From: Monocercomonoides exilis PA203 | Taxonomy: Eukaryota; Protista; Preaxostyla | DNA: 64,000 bases | Reading direction: 5' to 3' | Assembly (NCBI GenBank): GCA_001643675.2 | Contig: LSRY02000012.1 | Location: 434,001-498,000 of the forward strand | Shown here: one piece after another, positions 1 through 12,540 of the stretch | Layout of the letters: each line of letters opens with the position of its first letter | How positions within the stretch are numbered: position 1 is the stretch's first letter | The notes under the pieces: generated by a model | What the model saw: only the letters and a program-made list of their open reading frames with translations | What the model was told of the DNA's origin: nothing | Database searches by the model: none | Position numbers and translations under genes: made by a program

Positions 1-2
1 TG

Positions 3-3000
3 GTTAGGCGAGATTCGCAGAACGAGCATGACACGCCGCTGGGGGAGCTGATCAACCCAGTCGTGCTCAACCTGATTGAGGACAGCCTCGACCACACACA
101 AAGACTGGATAACATTCCTCCGCTCGCCTTTGTGGCACCGCCTCCGCAGGACGACAAGAAAACAGAGAAGAGAACGGTCTTTGCGATGCTGGCTTCTCCG
201 CAGCAGTCGGCGTCTACGCAGCCTGTCCTGCAGTTTGTGGGGAGGAAGCCCGAGTGGACATTCAACGACATCCACTTCCTGAAAGTGGTGGCTGTGCTGC
301 GCCCGTCTTCTGCTGCGTTCCTGGCTGCCATTCCAACCATCGCTGATGAAGTGCCTCCGCCTCCCTCAGCACCTTCTTCCACTCCGCCCACACCAGCTAC
401 CAACAAAGCGAAGGGCAAAGAGCAACCGCAGCCACAGGCCCTTCCTGAGTTCAATGGAAGTGTACACTTATTCCACTCGATGTGCATCGATGCGATCCTG
501 CGGAAGGACGAAGCCTCCTTCTTGCCTGACTCCCTTCGTGTCCTGACGCTCCTCTGTCAAATCCCGGACTTCCTGCGGCTCACCCCGCGCTTCAACTACC
601 TCGAGAACCTGTTCGAGCTCTTCGACAGCCTCCCCAAGCTGTCCGTAGACACTCCACTCCTCCCTCTCCACCGTCCTTTGTTTGCCGCTCTCGCCGCGCT
701 GGGGCAGAACAGCGGGATTGCCCACATCGTAGTGCGGCGGACGTGCCACAAGCGCCTGATGCACCTTGTCGATAGCGTCGAAACGTCGCCGAGGCTGCCC
801 AATTCGCCTCTCTTTGACAGCTCCTCTGATCTCACCCAGCTGATCTCCGGTGCGATTGAGTGTGTGGCATCGCTGTGTGTATCTATGCCTGTTCTGCGGG
901 ATGTGATAGACAACTCTCAATTTGTGGTGAAGCTGGCAGAGCTGCTGGCGATGCTGCAGCCGTCTCCACCAGTCGTGACGGCGGCGGTGCGCGCGATGGA
1001 CTCGCTCATCACACGCACCACAGGCGTGGCTGACAGACAGATGCTATTTGACCGTTTCCTCTCAACGACGCAGGAAGGCGCTGTGCTTTTCGACTGCATC
1101 GACGGTGAGAGAGGAAGGAGGATCTTGGAGCACATCCGGTTTGAGGCCGGAGAGAACGGAGGAGACAGCAATGAATACGACGAGTATGAGTCAAGTAACA
1201 GGGGATTTGGTGCTTCTTCTGGGGCGTTTGGCACACTTGGCAGCAGCAGCTACAACAGCACAGCCGACTCGGCAGGCGAGATCTCGTTCAGCACAGTGAC
1301 TTACCCGTCCTTTGTGGAGATGTGTGTCTCTGTGCTGAGTCTAACATCTCACTACATCGAAAAAGCATACCAACACCAGGGGGCACAAACACTGGCAATG
1401 AATGCGGGGGAGACGCTTCTCAATATGTATTCTATGCCCAGTCATAGAGTGAAAATGATGATTCTTGACATCTTCGCGTCGTTCCCTCCGCTCCTCTGCC
1501 ATCCGCACCCGCTCGAGATACTGAAGGCCAGTCTGCATGTCTCCTCTGCCACTGATCTTGTGTCCGGGCGCACGGAGCACATCATCATCAAGTTGCTGCA
1601 CATCTTCACGCAGCTGCTGGTGGACGAGCCCGAAGCGCGGGTGATTGTGCAGTCGCCGCAGTTCGAGCCACTTGTGGGCGCTGTCCTGTCAATCATCGCG
1701 GTGAATGCGTCGCGCGCTGCCGATACCCACACAAACGAGAAGGCGGCGATTTGGGCGGCTGCCATCCTCTTTCTGAAGGCAGTCGATGAGAGCGGATGGG
1801 CTGCAGGTGTTGCTGAGATGCAGAACAGCAGCAAATCTCTCTCGCTGATTGCGCAGAACGAGGTGCGTTTTGGCGAAGAAAGTGGCTGCTGTGTGGAGGA
1901 CACTCACGTTGGAGACGACATCAGCTCCGTCATTGCTGCTTTCTCGACGCTTCCTCCTTCCTCCTTCATCGCCTTCCGCTTCTGCCGCAAGCTAGCGAAG
2001 CTGCTGGAAGAGCCGCACACGCCTCCGCCTGCGCTATCCACTGGGTCTGTCTCAGCTGCGCCGTGGGAGCCGAGGGAGTGGGAAGTGCCACCGACGATGG
2101 CGATCGCAGAGGTGGAGGCAAAGGAGGAGCTGCTGCAGAAGCGGCAGACGGCATTCGTGATGCAGAACGGCATTCGGATGGTGTTGTCCTTTCTGACAGC
2201 ACACGCAGCGCCTGATGGACAGCAGGTGACTGAGATGCCGGTGGGAAGGTGGCAGAGGGAGATTGCAGTAATCACACAGGGCGAGGAGAAGAAGGCGCTG
2301 CAGATGAGTGCGAGGAATGAGATCAGCGAGGCGGCTCTTGCAGCAGCGGCGGAGGCGCTGGGATCGTTCTCAAATGCGCAGATCAATCCACTCTTTGCAG
2401 CGAAGCTAAATATCCCACCGACATTTACACAGCCATCTTCTGAGGTAATGGCAGAAGATGTTGAGATATGTGATACTTCTTCTGCAATGGAAAACGAAGA
2501 AGCAGCACCAGCACCACTTGAGATGGACAGTCAAGAAATACCACCACAATTAGAAAGGTCTCATTCAATAGCATCAACGTCTTCTTCTTCCTCCGCCGCC
2601 TCCTCTTCCTCATCCTCTTCTTCTACTTCTACTTCACAGCTGAACACACCCTTAACACTGCCTGACCCACCCGCACCAGACATCGCTTGGGTCCGCCTCC
2701 AAAAGACATCCCAAAAGCCGTCTCAGTCCGTCTCAAGCGACCCTCTTCCGATCGAAGACGACGTTTTCCACATTGAAGAAGTGTCTTCCTCGTTTGCTCC
2801 TTCGCGGCTGCCTCCAAAAGTATCCGTCTCCCAAATCCGGATGGGAAACAACTATCCACCCGCTGCTTACAGCCCGGACATGATGTCTTCTTCAATGTAC
2901 GGTGGCGTGCAGAATCCATATGACCCTTCAACTTACAACAGGCTCCAGGGAGATCCTTATCTGCTTCAGCCGTCGTCTTCTCCTACGCCACTCCTATCGC

Positions 3001-5663
3001 CAGCGTCATCCACCACTCCTGTGTGGGGCTCTTCTGCTTCGCCAGACTCCATCTCTTCGCATTCTTCTTCCTCTTCCACACCTCCATCACTGCCTCTTCT
3101 CCCACCGGCGCCTTCTTCCTTTGCACCAACCCAGTCCTTCCGTGCTATCACCCTCGATGCAGAAACGGCTGTGCGCTGCTTCCTTGCACTTCTGTGGTAC
3201 GGGCATCCCTCGCTGCAGGCAGGTATACGCGCCCAGCTGCGCACCCTCCAGACGATTTCTATGTTATGCGGCTCTGCTCTCTCATACGGCCTGTTTACGC
3301 TTCACTACGGTGCAAGGATGATCGGCCTGGTGAATGAGATCTACTCACTCAACGCGTCAGAGGCGACAGATGTGAATCCCGATGCGATTGAGATTGCAGA
3401 TATCATCCAGCTGTTTGTCTCGACAATCAGCGATGTGTTCGACTCGCGAATGCACCCGACCACAAACGCCGTCTCTGGCTCTGCTTTCTCCTTGTCTTCC
3501 AACTGCTCTGCCCTTTCCCCTTGCTTCGATCCTTCCTCTCGTTCTTCTTTCGGCTTCGGACCAACTTCATCTGGTGCGGTGCAGCCGGCTGATCCGAACG
3601 GAGCATCGCTCGAAGACCACGAGCCAGACGTTTATGGACTGTGTGGACACACCACAGCCATCTCAAGCTCACAGCTCCTGCTGCTGAACGGGCAGCCTGT
3701 CCGCCCATCCACCGAGAGGTTTGCTGTTGATGACGATTCGCAAAGTGATAGCGCAAAAAATGGTAATTTGAGTAAAGCAGGATCTGCGTATGGCAATCCC
3801 ACGTATCTTGCGCAGAGGTCGTTTGCTTCCTTTGATGAGAGCCACAGCCACGACAACATCGACACGAAATCACCTTCAGCTATCTGGTCGCACGGCGCAC
3901 TCACGCCGAGCTGGAAGACCACGCTCACCGAAGAGCTGCTTCTCTACCACCACACCCAGCTCACCCACACGTTCCTGGAACAGTTCGGCTCGCTCACCTT
4001 TAGCGAAGATCCAGTACTTTCCCTGTCCATCCAGAAGCAGCTGTTTGCTCGCGTGGTTCCCTTCCGTCGCATTGCCACGTTTGTATCTCTGATGTTTCAC
4101 GAGTACTCCCGCCTGAGCCTGGCGCTGACTGATGAGCGCGGAGAGGAGCTACGGAACGTGCTGAACACGCTCTGCTCCATTATCGCTGAGTACGTAGCCA
4201 TCCGCCCAGAAGAGAAGTACCGTCTGCTTGAGCTTCTGGTGCGGGTGGAGAGCGAAAGCGGGCTGGCGCTTGCACCGCCTTTTGTGGATGCGCTGATCTG
4301 CTCCATCGAACTGAGGCTGTTTTCTGTTCGCACTCTGGTGCCGCTCTCGAGAGAGATCACAGCTGGTCACTCTGGCAATATATTCAATAAGCAGGCTTCG
4401 TTGCTTGCCTGCTGCAATTCTTCATCTGATTCGTCTTCTTCATCTTCACTAACTCTGTTACCCTCAACAAGCAAGTGGATCAACGCACATTCAGCTGAGG
4501 AAATGGTAGCGTACTTGTCGCAGCGCGAGGAGCGTGTGGTGTGTTCTGTGATTGGCACCTTCCACTCGATCGAGCTGGTAGACACCTTCCGCTCAATAGT
4601 CGTTCTCACCAGCAATGCCTTGCTCATCTTCCGTGTTTCCGACAGCGATGAAAGAGAAGAGAAGAGACGAGCAAGTGCTGTTGCATCTGGCCAGGCGCTG
4701 GCCTCTACCTCGCTTGCCAGCGCACTTCCCTCTCATTCAGACGCAATCTCCACGAAGCTTCCTGAGCTCAGCTGGGAGCAGGAGCTGTCTGCTTTCAGTG
4801 CATCCGCCTTTGAGAAGCAGCTGGAACAGATCTCCGCCGCCGATGCGCCGTCTGCTGTTGATTCTCACACACTCCAGCTGCCTCTGGTATATCTCGTGCA
4901 GCGACTCTCTCTCTCTGATATCTCCTCTGTCGTCTACTCAGAGTGCGGGCAGCGCTTCGCAGTGGCACACAAAGCACAGATGCCCAGCGGGTTCCGCCTG
5001 AGCTGCTGCTCTGCAGGGCCAGTTAAGCAGATGGTGGAAGGGCTGCGGCGGGCCTCTTTGTTCTTCTCGTTCTCAGTCGCTTCAGAGCTCTCGATGGTGC
5101 TGGCCATCGAGCAGCACTTCCGGACGAGCACCGAGAAGCTGCTGTTTGTTGGGCAGTGCTACCGCGTGCAGAAGCAGACGAAGTACTACCCTCGCTTAGT
5201 GGTGCTCAGCAGCCAGACGCTGTACGAGTTCAGCTTCTCAGACGCCAACTGGATCATCAGCCCAGACAAGTTCCTCGCTCTGCAGAGCGAGCTGGCGCTG
5301 AGTGGCTTCTTTGAACGAGAGAAGAAACTATCACTTCTGTCTGCCCTGTCGTCGATACAGCCGCTGACTCCTTCTCCGTTGGCCGCATTGAAGTCTTCTG
5401 GTTCTTCTTCTGCTGCTTCTGCTTCTGCTGCTGTGTCTTCGCAGTCTTCATCTCACACAATTGCCCACTGCGAGCACCTGTCTCTGTCACCAGACACACT
5501 TCACTCGCTGCGCTTCAATCTGACTGCCGAAACAGGAAAGAAAGGAGAGACACTCACAACCACATTTCAGTTCACCTGTTGGGAGACTGCCCATCGCTTT
5601 GTCGTTGCCTTCCGCAACAACATCGGACGGCTGTGGAGAGAAAAATACGGAGTGTCTGCATAA
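3..5663 (+). CDS. Large uncharacterised protein (>1880 aa, 5'-truncated); helical ARM/HEAT-like body, Ser/Pro-rich linker, possible C-terminal PH-like folds
   Basis: The frame is open from position 3 (the ORF track starts at an internal GTG at 63) to TAA at 5663, with GC-rich codon usage. Leu-rich amphipathic helices dominate; C-terminal segments FRSIVVLTSNALLIFRV and LLFVGQCYRVQKQTKYYPRLVVLSSQTLYEF look like PH-type strands. Function not assignable. Confidence 0.8.
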   Translation, partial: VRRDSQNEHDTPLGELINPVVLNLIEDSLDHTQRLDNIPPLAFVAPPPQDDKKTEKRTVFAMLASPQQSASTQPVLQFVGRKPEWTFNDIHFLKVVAVLRPSSAAFLAAIPTIADEVPPPPSAPSSTPPTPATNKAKGKEQPQPQALPEFNGSVHLFHSMCIDAILRKDEASFLPDSLRVLTLLCQIPDFLRLTPRFNYLENLFELFDSLPKLSVDTPLLPLHRPLFAALAALGQNSGIAHIVVRRTCHKRLMHLVDSVETSPRLPNSPLFDSSSDLTQLISGAIECVASLCVSMPVLRDVIDNSQFVVKLAELLAMLQPSPPVVTAAVRAMDSLITRTTGVADRQMLFDRFLSTTQEGAVLFDCIDGERGRRILEHIRFEAGENGGDSNEYDEYESSNRGFGASSGAFGTLGSSSYNSTADSAGEISFSTVTYPSFVEMCVSVLSLTSHYIEKAYQHQGAQTLAMNAGETLLNMYSMPSHRVKMMILDIFASFPPLLCHPHPLEILKASLHVSSATDLVSGRTEHIIIKLLHIFTQLLVDEPEARVIVQSPQFEPLVGAVLSIIAVNASRAADTHTNEKAAIWAAAILFLKAVDESGWAAGVAEMQNSSKSLSLIAQNEVRFGEESGCCVEDTHVGDDISSVIAAFSTLPPSSFIAFRFCRKLAKLLEEPHTPPPALSTGSVSAAPWEPREWEVPPTMAIAEVEAKEELLQKRQTAFVMQNGIRMVLSFLTAHAAPDGQQVTEMPVGRWQREIAVITQGEEKKALQMSARNEISEAALAAAAEALGSFSNAQINPLFAAKLNIPPTFTQPSSEVMAEDVEICDTSSAMENEEAAPAPLEMDSQEIPPQLERSHSIASTSSSSSAASSSSSSSSTSTSQLNTPLTLPDPPAPDIAWVRLQKTSQKPSQSVSSDPLPIEDDVFHIEEVSSSFAPSRLPPKVSVSQIRMGNNYPPAAYSPDMMSSSMYGGVQNPYDPSTYNRLQGDPYLLQPSSSPTPLLSPASSTTPVWGSSASPDSISSHSSSSSTPPSLPLLPPAPSSFAPTQSFRAITLDAETAVRCFLALLWYGHPSLQAGIRAQLRTLQTISMLCGSALSYGLFTLHYGARMIGLVNEIYSLNASEATDVNPDAIEIADIIQLFVSTISDVFDSRMHPTTNAVSGSAFSLSSNCSALSPCFDPSSRSSFGFGPTSSGAVQPADPNGASLEDHEPDVYGLCGHTTAISSSQLLLLNGQPVRPSTERFAVDDDSQSDSAKNGNLSKAGSAYGNPTYLAQRSFASFDESHSHDNIDTKSPSAIWSHGALTPSWKTTLTEELLLYHHTQLTHTFLEQFGSLTFSEDPVLSLSIQKQLFARVVPFRRIATFVSLMFHEYSRLSLALTDERGEELRNVLNTLCSIIAEYVAIRPEEKYRLLELLVRVESESGLALAPPFVDALICSIELRLFSVRTLVPLSREITAGHSGNIFNKQASLLACCNSSSDSSSSSSLTLLPSTSKWINAHSAEEMVAYLSQREERVVCSVIGTFHSIELVDTFRSIVVLTSNALLIFRVSDSDEREEKRRASAVASGQALASTSLASALPSHSDAISTKLPELSWEQELSAFSASAFEKQLEQISAADAPSAVDSHTLQLPLVYLVQRLSLSDISSVVYSECGQRFAVAHKAQMPSGFRLSCCSAGPVKQMVEGLRRASLFFSFSVASELSMVLAIEQHFRTSTEKLLFVGQCYRVQKQTKYYPRLVVLSSQTLYEFSFSDANWIISPDKFLALQSELALSGFFEREKKLSLLSALSSIQPLTPSPLAALKSSGSSSAASASAAVSSQSSSHTIAHCEHLSLSPDTLHSLRFNLTAETGKKGETLTTTFQFTCWETAHRFVVAFRNNIGRLWREKYGVSA

Positions 5664-6201
5664 AACTTACAGAAAGTGGCTCTTTTGAGACACTTTGTTT
5701 GAATTCAAAACTCTTTCCTTTAAAAATACTCTTTTTCATTCTCCTTTCTTTCAACCTTTCATTTCCCTTAACACTTCATCCGACGCATACCTGTTTTTCA
5801 CTTTGTTTTTTCGTTTGGATAAAAAAAAATTTTTTTTTCATTTGTTTCTGTGTTAAATTTGTGATTTTTTAACTTTTCTGTTTTTGGATTTAAAAAAATT
5901 TGTTTTCAGATTTTTTTCTCAACACGTCATTTTGATCAAAAACAACTGAAATATCTCAAAAAAATGTCTGTATATCAACGACGGCATGTCAAAACTTATT
6001 GCAAAACAACTTGACCGTCAGCTTCTGCGATATAAAATCAATCGTATCGTTGTTTGCAAACATGGTGTCGTTTTATAATACATATTTTAAAGAAGGATAG
6101 CAAAGCTAATCGATTGATTCTGACAGACTCGCATTTTTGTCGATTTTTTTCGATCACCTGTTCAAAGTGCAGTTTAGCATTCATGTGTTTTAGTGGATGT
6201 T

Positions 6202-7250
6202 TCAAACAGGAGGAGGAGAGCTTACAGACGGAGAAGGTGATGGAATTGGGAGAGGAGATGATTGAGGTTCTATTTGCACAGATATGTCATTTTCATCTTC
6301 GTCTTCTTTTTCTGGGTATAGAAGAGTTTTAAATGGTTGAACAGTCTGTGAACCAAAATCAAATTTTTCAAATAAATAAACAGTTAAACCATAACCAATC
6401 TTTTGATAAAATTTTTGTGAATGACAATACCTCTTTGATATTTGAAACATGCTCGCTCATGTCTCTCACAAGTTCCTCCTGTTCTTCAACTTCTTGCTCA
6501 CATTCTGTGAGTTCTGCTTGAAGCCTTTGCTTTTCTTCTACTTTCCTAAATTTTAAACAGTGTGATTTAAAATTTAAAAAAGACAGAAATAAAGGAAAAT
6601 TCAAATCAAAAACCTCCTTCGTTTCAATGTTTCATCACAAATAGCTGCTTCAACAAATGTAAAAATTTCAGAATTCATTGAATGTCGCAGTCCAGAATCA
6701 GTGAATTGTTTATCCAAATAAAACGAGCTTGGTGGATCGAGTCCTAATTCGTTTTCAGGAAAGCTATATATTTATGGAAATGTTTTGATTTAATGTAAAA
6801 ACAATGTTTCAAAAAATCACACTCTAATTCTCTGTGTTGCTTAATACTTCCTAATCTGGAATTGAAAGAATATAACACGTTTTGAAGAGATGCGTTCGCT
6901 TTTTCATGTCTTTTTGTTGTTTCTTCAAGTCGAGATGAAAGTTCCGCATCAAGAGCTTTAGATTGCCTAAAAATTTCACCTATTTGCATCACTAATCTGA
7001 ACTGCTGATTTGTGAACGCCTTTAGCTCGTCCTCATCAATATAAAATAAATGAATAATTTCATGAATTTTTTTTAATGCAAAAGCCAAGATATTTAAAAT
7101 AGAAAAATAAACGTTAAAAAATTGCGAATGTATTTACACCTTATTCGCACCTTTCCGCTTTGCATCAATTAAACCGGAAATAGAATTGAAAAGTTCATTG
7201 AAAGTTTGATCGACTTTATCCATCCCAAATAATACTGATTGATCAAAAAT
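6202..7250 (-). CDS. THO complex subunit 5 (THOC5/FMIP) N-terminal coiled-coil-like region, multi-exon; probably the 3' part of a fusion with ADAT2
   Basis: Spliced translation ...HEKANASLQNVLYSFNSRLGSIKQHRELE/FPENELGLDPPSSFY...AAICDETLKRR/KVEEKQRLQAELTECEQEVEEQEELVRDMSEHVSNIKE/TVQPFKTLLYP parallels recalled THOC5 sequence (LQLQNLLYE...IDLVSLEEFY...RLDWELEQRKRL...LNSIMQASLPVQEYL). Four GT-AG introns; in-frame ATG at 7223; stop at 6202. Confidence 0.65.
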
Positions 7251-7323
7251 CTAATGAAAATAATATTTTTGAAATTTCAAATAAACACATTATAAAAAAA
7301 GCAAAATTATCGCAATATAATAC

Positions 7324-8386
<1,063 letters not shown>

Positions 8387-8805
8387 TTTGCTTGATAAAA
8401 ATAAAAATATAATGTATTTTTATTTTGGTAAGATCAATTTTTCTCGATAAGAAACTCTGTTTGTGTTAAATAATATTAATATTATTATTATTGGTAAGTG
8501 GGCAGATAACGACTGATAAAAAAATTCGATTTATATGTTTTGATTTATTTAAATTTTAATTAATGAATGCAATTATGATATTTTAAAAAATGATTATAAA
8601 ATTAGGTTGATTCAAAACTGTGATAACCTGTCTTTAAGATCCAACAAGAATCTATGTATTGAATGCTTCCTTTCTTAAAATATGAAACACTTTCTTGTTA
8701 ACCAGGTTAAAAGCTTTTGTTAGACGATTCCATAATTATCACATTCACGAAGGAGAAATCTATAATTCTCAAAAAACGAAATGAATTGAAGTGCAAGGCA
8801 CCTTA

Positions 8806-8888
8806 ATTCTTAAGAACAATCGTGATCTACCACACCTCTCTTTTATGGAAGTGAGAGCTCCGTATTAAGGGCTCCGTCGTTCACGAAA
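8806..8888. repeat. Left inverted terminal repeat of the DIRS element
   Basis: attcttaagaacaatcgtgatctaccacacctctcttttatggaagtgagagctccgtattaagggctccgtcgttcacgaaa aligns with the reverse complement of 13775-13849 (shared blocks aagaacaatc, acacctctct, agtgagagc, cgtcgttcac). Confidence 0.8.
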
Positions 8889-9062
8889 TTTGAAACATAT
8901 CCACATTGTTGGAAGAACCTGCATCGGGACTGAGCGGGATATTTTCGCAAAGGAGACCAACAAGCAGTGTGCGCAGCGATCCCCATCTTCAATCCAACTT
9001 CCGCTTAACCCAGTTTAACGTTTTCTTCATCTTCTGCTTCTCAACAAGCTGATGACATCTTT

Positions 9063-9584
9063 ATGATCTCGAGTCCCTCTCCTGCACGTCTTTTGGATGA
9101 AGCCTGCAAGATACTGTTCGGAGATCAGACTTCAAATCCTGTTTTCAATTTCCCTATCAACATCAGTGATCTTGAGCAATCCACCGCAGAGGACGAGTTG
9201 CTCCCGGCTCCACCTTTTATACCCTCAAGGACTCATACAGACTCCCGCTCAAAGAGCTGGTTTACCTACGCACTTAATGAGGGAGCCTGGAAGGTGGAGT
9301 CTTGTCTGCTCCAAACATTGAAGGAAATTGTTCTGGAGGCACAAGACGCAAAGGCAAAAGGCAAACCATCACTAAGTGATGCAATAACCTTCGTCATCGC
9401 TGGGCAACGGGACGCTCGTTACATGAGAATAATCACGAAGTTCGGCCCAACAACAGCGAGATTTCTCAGGAAGAAAAGGAAGACACTCTTATTAGCCGGA
9501 GGCAACTGGAAAGAATCATGCCTCAACTACAAAGCTGACCGCAGACAGGTGGACAAACAACATACACTGCAAGTTGACATGTGA
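9063..9584 (+). pseudogene. gag-like ORF remnant of the DIRS element
   Basis: 173-aa ORF inside the ITRs, directly upstream of and overlapping the RT region. The assignment is positional only. Confidence 0.5.
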
Positions 9585-11500
9585 CTCGATCGACTAGATC
9601 CTTTTCGATCAAGAGAACATTCATCCCGCCGGAGTCCCGTTTTTTTTTCGGAGAAAGTGGGAGACTGGACGCAGGCCTTTGTGCTGGAGGAGGAGGAAAT
9701 AGGAGCAGGAGAGGTTTTATGGAGGGTGTTCGCCCAATTTTGAAGGGCAGGAGTGCGAGGGAACGCCTGAAGAAGGAGAATGGGCAAGGCAGAGGCTTTA
9801 TTGGAGGGAGCAGAGAGGAGCTGGCTTGTGCAGAGTGGATCCGAGAGGGCCTGAGAACGGAAGTCATTCCCAAGCGGAGGGAGGATCAGGTTTGTTGTCT
9901 CAACAATATGTTCTTTATCCCAAAGAATAATGATCGATTCAGAAAGATTCTTGATTGCAGATCCTTGGACTCAGCATTGAAGGTCGCACACTTCAAGATG
10001 GACGACCTTCGTCCAGTCGAGAAGCAGATGCAAAGGAGAGATTGTTCAACTTCATTGAACATATTTCAGGCGAACTTTCTCATTCCGGTGCACAGAGACT
10101 TCACGCCCTATCAGGCCTTTCAGTAAAAAAAAGAGAGTTCTTCGGCTTAAGGGGAATGTTGTTTGGACTTAAGGACGCCCCCAGAGTTTTCGCCAAAATT
10201 ATGATCAAGGTTGCGGCTCGGATATGGAATGGGTGGAATGTGATGTGTGTGAATAATACAGACGATATGCTCTTTCTTCACCAGGATAAAAATTATTTGC
10301 GGGCATGGACACAGGGGATTTTGGAATGGCCAGGGAAGCAAGGGCTGTTGGTCAACATGGAGAAGAGCGAACAACAACCAAAGAGATACTTCGATTACCT
10401 CGGATGGAGATGGGAAAGCGAACAGATGAAGGAAAGATTAGAGGATCAACAACGCAGGAATTAACACCAGAAATGAATGAAATCGATGAAGCAAGTGAAA
10501 CGCAGTGGAACAGTGAATGTAAGGGAATTTTCATCCTTCATCGGGCTTCTCATCACCACTCATTTCGATTTCGAGGATGCCAGTTCAGAGATGAAAAGAT
10601 TGGATGCAACACTCAACATATGCGTGAGAGACTCGTGTTGGAACGGGGATATGAGACTCAAAAACAGTCTAAAAATACAACTGGAGCAATGGTAACAGAT
10701 GTATAAGAAATGCTTTAGCAGAGAGCTGATGGATTTCAGGAGACAAGAAGCTATCCTCGCGATGGATGCTTCCAACCGGGCAGACAAAGCAACTTTGACA
10801 ATTGCGAGCAATACACAACATTTTTCCAGATTTCTCAACAGAACTTTCAGGTGCCGGACATCGGACTGTCGAGAACTATTGGCTGTCCTCCTCTCCTAAA
10901 ACAGATTCCCCTCCAGCCTTGTGCGGCACAATATCCACAACCTCCTACTCCGTTCGGACAACACGTCTGTGGTCCGCAACATCAACAGATGGACAGCGGT
11001 CCCAAACCAAATTATGCTGCTGAAAAATACGAGATCAGTTTGTCAATCGATGACTCTGACCATAAAGACAAATAACACACCAGGAGAGAGAAACATCACA
11101 GCAGGAGATATGACACAGACAGAAGCAGCAGGAGACAACAAGATAAACCCCCAAGCACAAAAGGAAGCCGAACAAGTGTTAAAAGCGATGCCCACTGTCG
11201 GCTCATTCGCAAACAGCAGAAACAGTTGGTGTGTGACCTGGAACTGTCCGGGAAACCCTTGGCTCAACGACTATCTCGCTGCAGTTTGGGGAAAATGAGT
11301 CGTTCTGCTTCATCCTTCGATTCCGCTTATTATCCCGTGTCTGAAGAAAGAAAGTGCGGAGGGAGCGAGGAAGATTATTATTCTTCTGTCACAGAAGAAT
11401 CAGCTCTAGCATCCTCTGCAAGAGGAGATGAAGGCTCGTCAGACACAGTGGAAGGATGTAATGGATGTGCTCATACCAGGTGAAGAGCTAAGAAGGACTG
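9581..11500 (+). pseudogene. Reverse transcriptase - RNase H - adenine methyltransferase-like (pol) remnant, frameshifted
   Basis: RT: FFIPKNNDRFRKILDCRSL...HFKMDDL; STSLNIFQA (motif A, D>N); GMLFGLKDAPRVFAKIM; NTDDML (decayed YxDD); FDYLGWRW. RNase H: LAMDASN, RELLAV, LLLRSDNTSVVRNIN. MT-like: PTVGSFANSRN...VVLLHPSIPLIIPCLKK. Several stops and frameshifts. Confidence 0.9.
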
Positions 11501-11564
11501 GAGCATTTCTCCCACGGGGAAAATACATGGCAGCGCGGCTAAACTGGCTGTAGACGAGGGCGAA

Positions 11565-12540
11565 ATGTGGAAGAACCAAGGTGTGAGACATTGCGGGAAA
11601 CCTGTAAGAATACATGCAGCAGCAAAGAACATCGCGGGGGAGACAACTTGGAAGTTATTTTGCTTTCGACTTAAGCATTTTGGCAAAGCGTGGGTGAGAT
11701 TGAAGCTGGTGTATTTCCCGAAGAAATGTGATGATTGGATTAAAGATTGCGGACAATGCTTCTCTGTCCTAAGCGAGAAAGGCGTTTCCTATTCGTGTAT
11801 GTCTGCCCCACTCTCCGCTTTCTCTCTTTTTCTTATGTTTGTTATGTCAGAGAGATATGTGAAGGTTTTCTTCTTCATCCTCTGTTTTCATGTTCCTCTA
11901 GAAGCCAAGTGTGCAGAAAACCGTATACAGAGATGTGGAAACAGTAATTGGTTTTTCTCTGTTAATGAAATGACTCTTCAAATGATTGACTCCGATTCCT
12001 CGAGCACACAATAAACATCATCCTGTTGGTAATGCTGTTTCAGCTTTCAGATTCCGTGAACTTGTCAAGATCTCGATGAAGGCTTTGATTATCGACACAA
12101 ATATCATTCACATCCAGACGAAACTCCTTAAATAACCGCATATTCCTTTATCACTGAGACTTTTTTCAAAGAACACAGATCAAAGATCTGTCTTACAAGA
12201 ACCATCATTCACATAAGGAATTGTGTTCGAACTGAACACGATGGCCCTGATGTTTTTCTCCTCAACACAAAGGAATTCACGCTGCTGACTGATTAATGAA
12301 TAAGGAAGCTGGCGAGATTTAACATGTCTTGGTTGGATCACATTAACATTTTCGTCCAGACACAATAAAGCATAAAGCAATTTCCTCGCTAATGCTCAAC
12401 AAAGTCCCTGAAACATTGATGGTAAAATACGCAAGACAATCACCAACTGCACACACTCCCTCGAGATTCTGTCTCTCGGAAGACATCTCTTATCAATTGG
12501 CGGACCAACTTATCACATCTTCCAGTGCACAACCTCCAGC
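11565..12540 (+). pseudogene. Tyrosine recombinase (YR) remnant
   Basis: AFRFRELVKI at ~12042 (catalytic Arg box). PDTIKHKAISSLMLNKVPETLMVKYARQSPTAHTPSRFC at ~12356-12472 matches a decayed HxxR...H/W...Y pattern, with the catalytic Tyr apparently replaced by Cys. Confidence 0.75.

Noticed and set aside
2579-2636. TCT/TCC microsatellite-like tracts (also ~24710, 42180, 42500, 52330 and 55920)
   Set aside because: They are in-frame poly-Ser runs, a general feature of this proteome rather than separate elements.
76-5499. Many short alternative-frame and antisense ORFs within the first gene, and likewise inside CLC and the other long genes
   Set aside because: These are shadow ORFs expected in GC-rich or low-complexity coding DNA, and none has a recognisable motif.
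9581-10464. RT as Ty3/gypsy, LINE, retron, DGR or group II intron
   Set aside because: No DDE integrase, protease, direct LTRs or template repeat was found. The downstream RNase H, MT-like and YR remnants plus ITR/ICR indicate DIRS.
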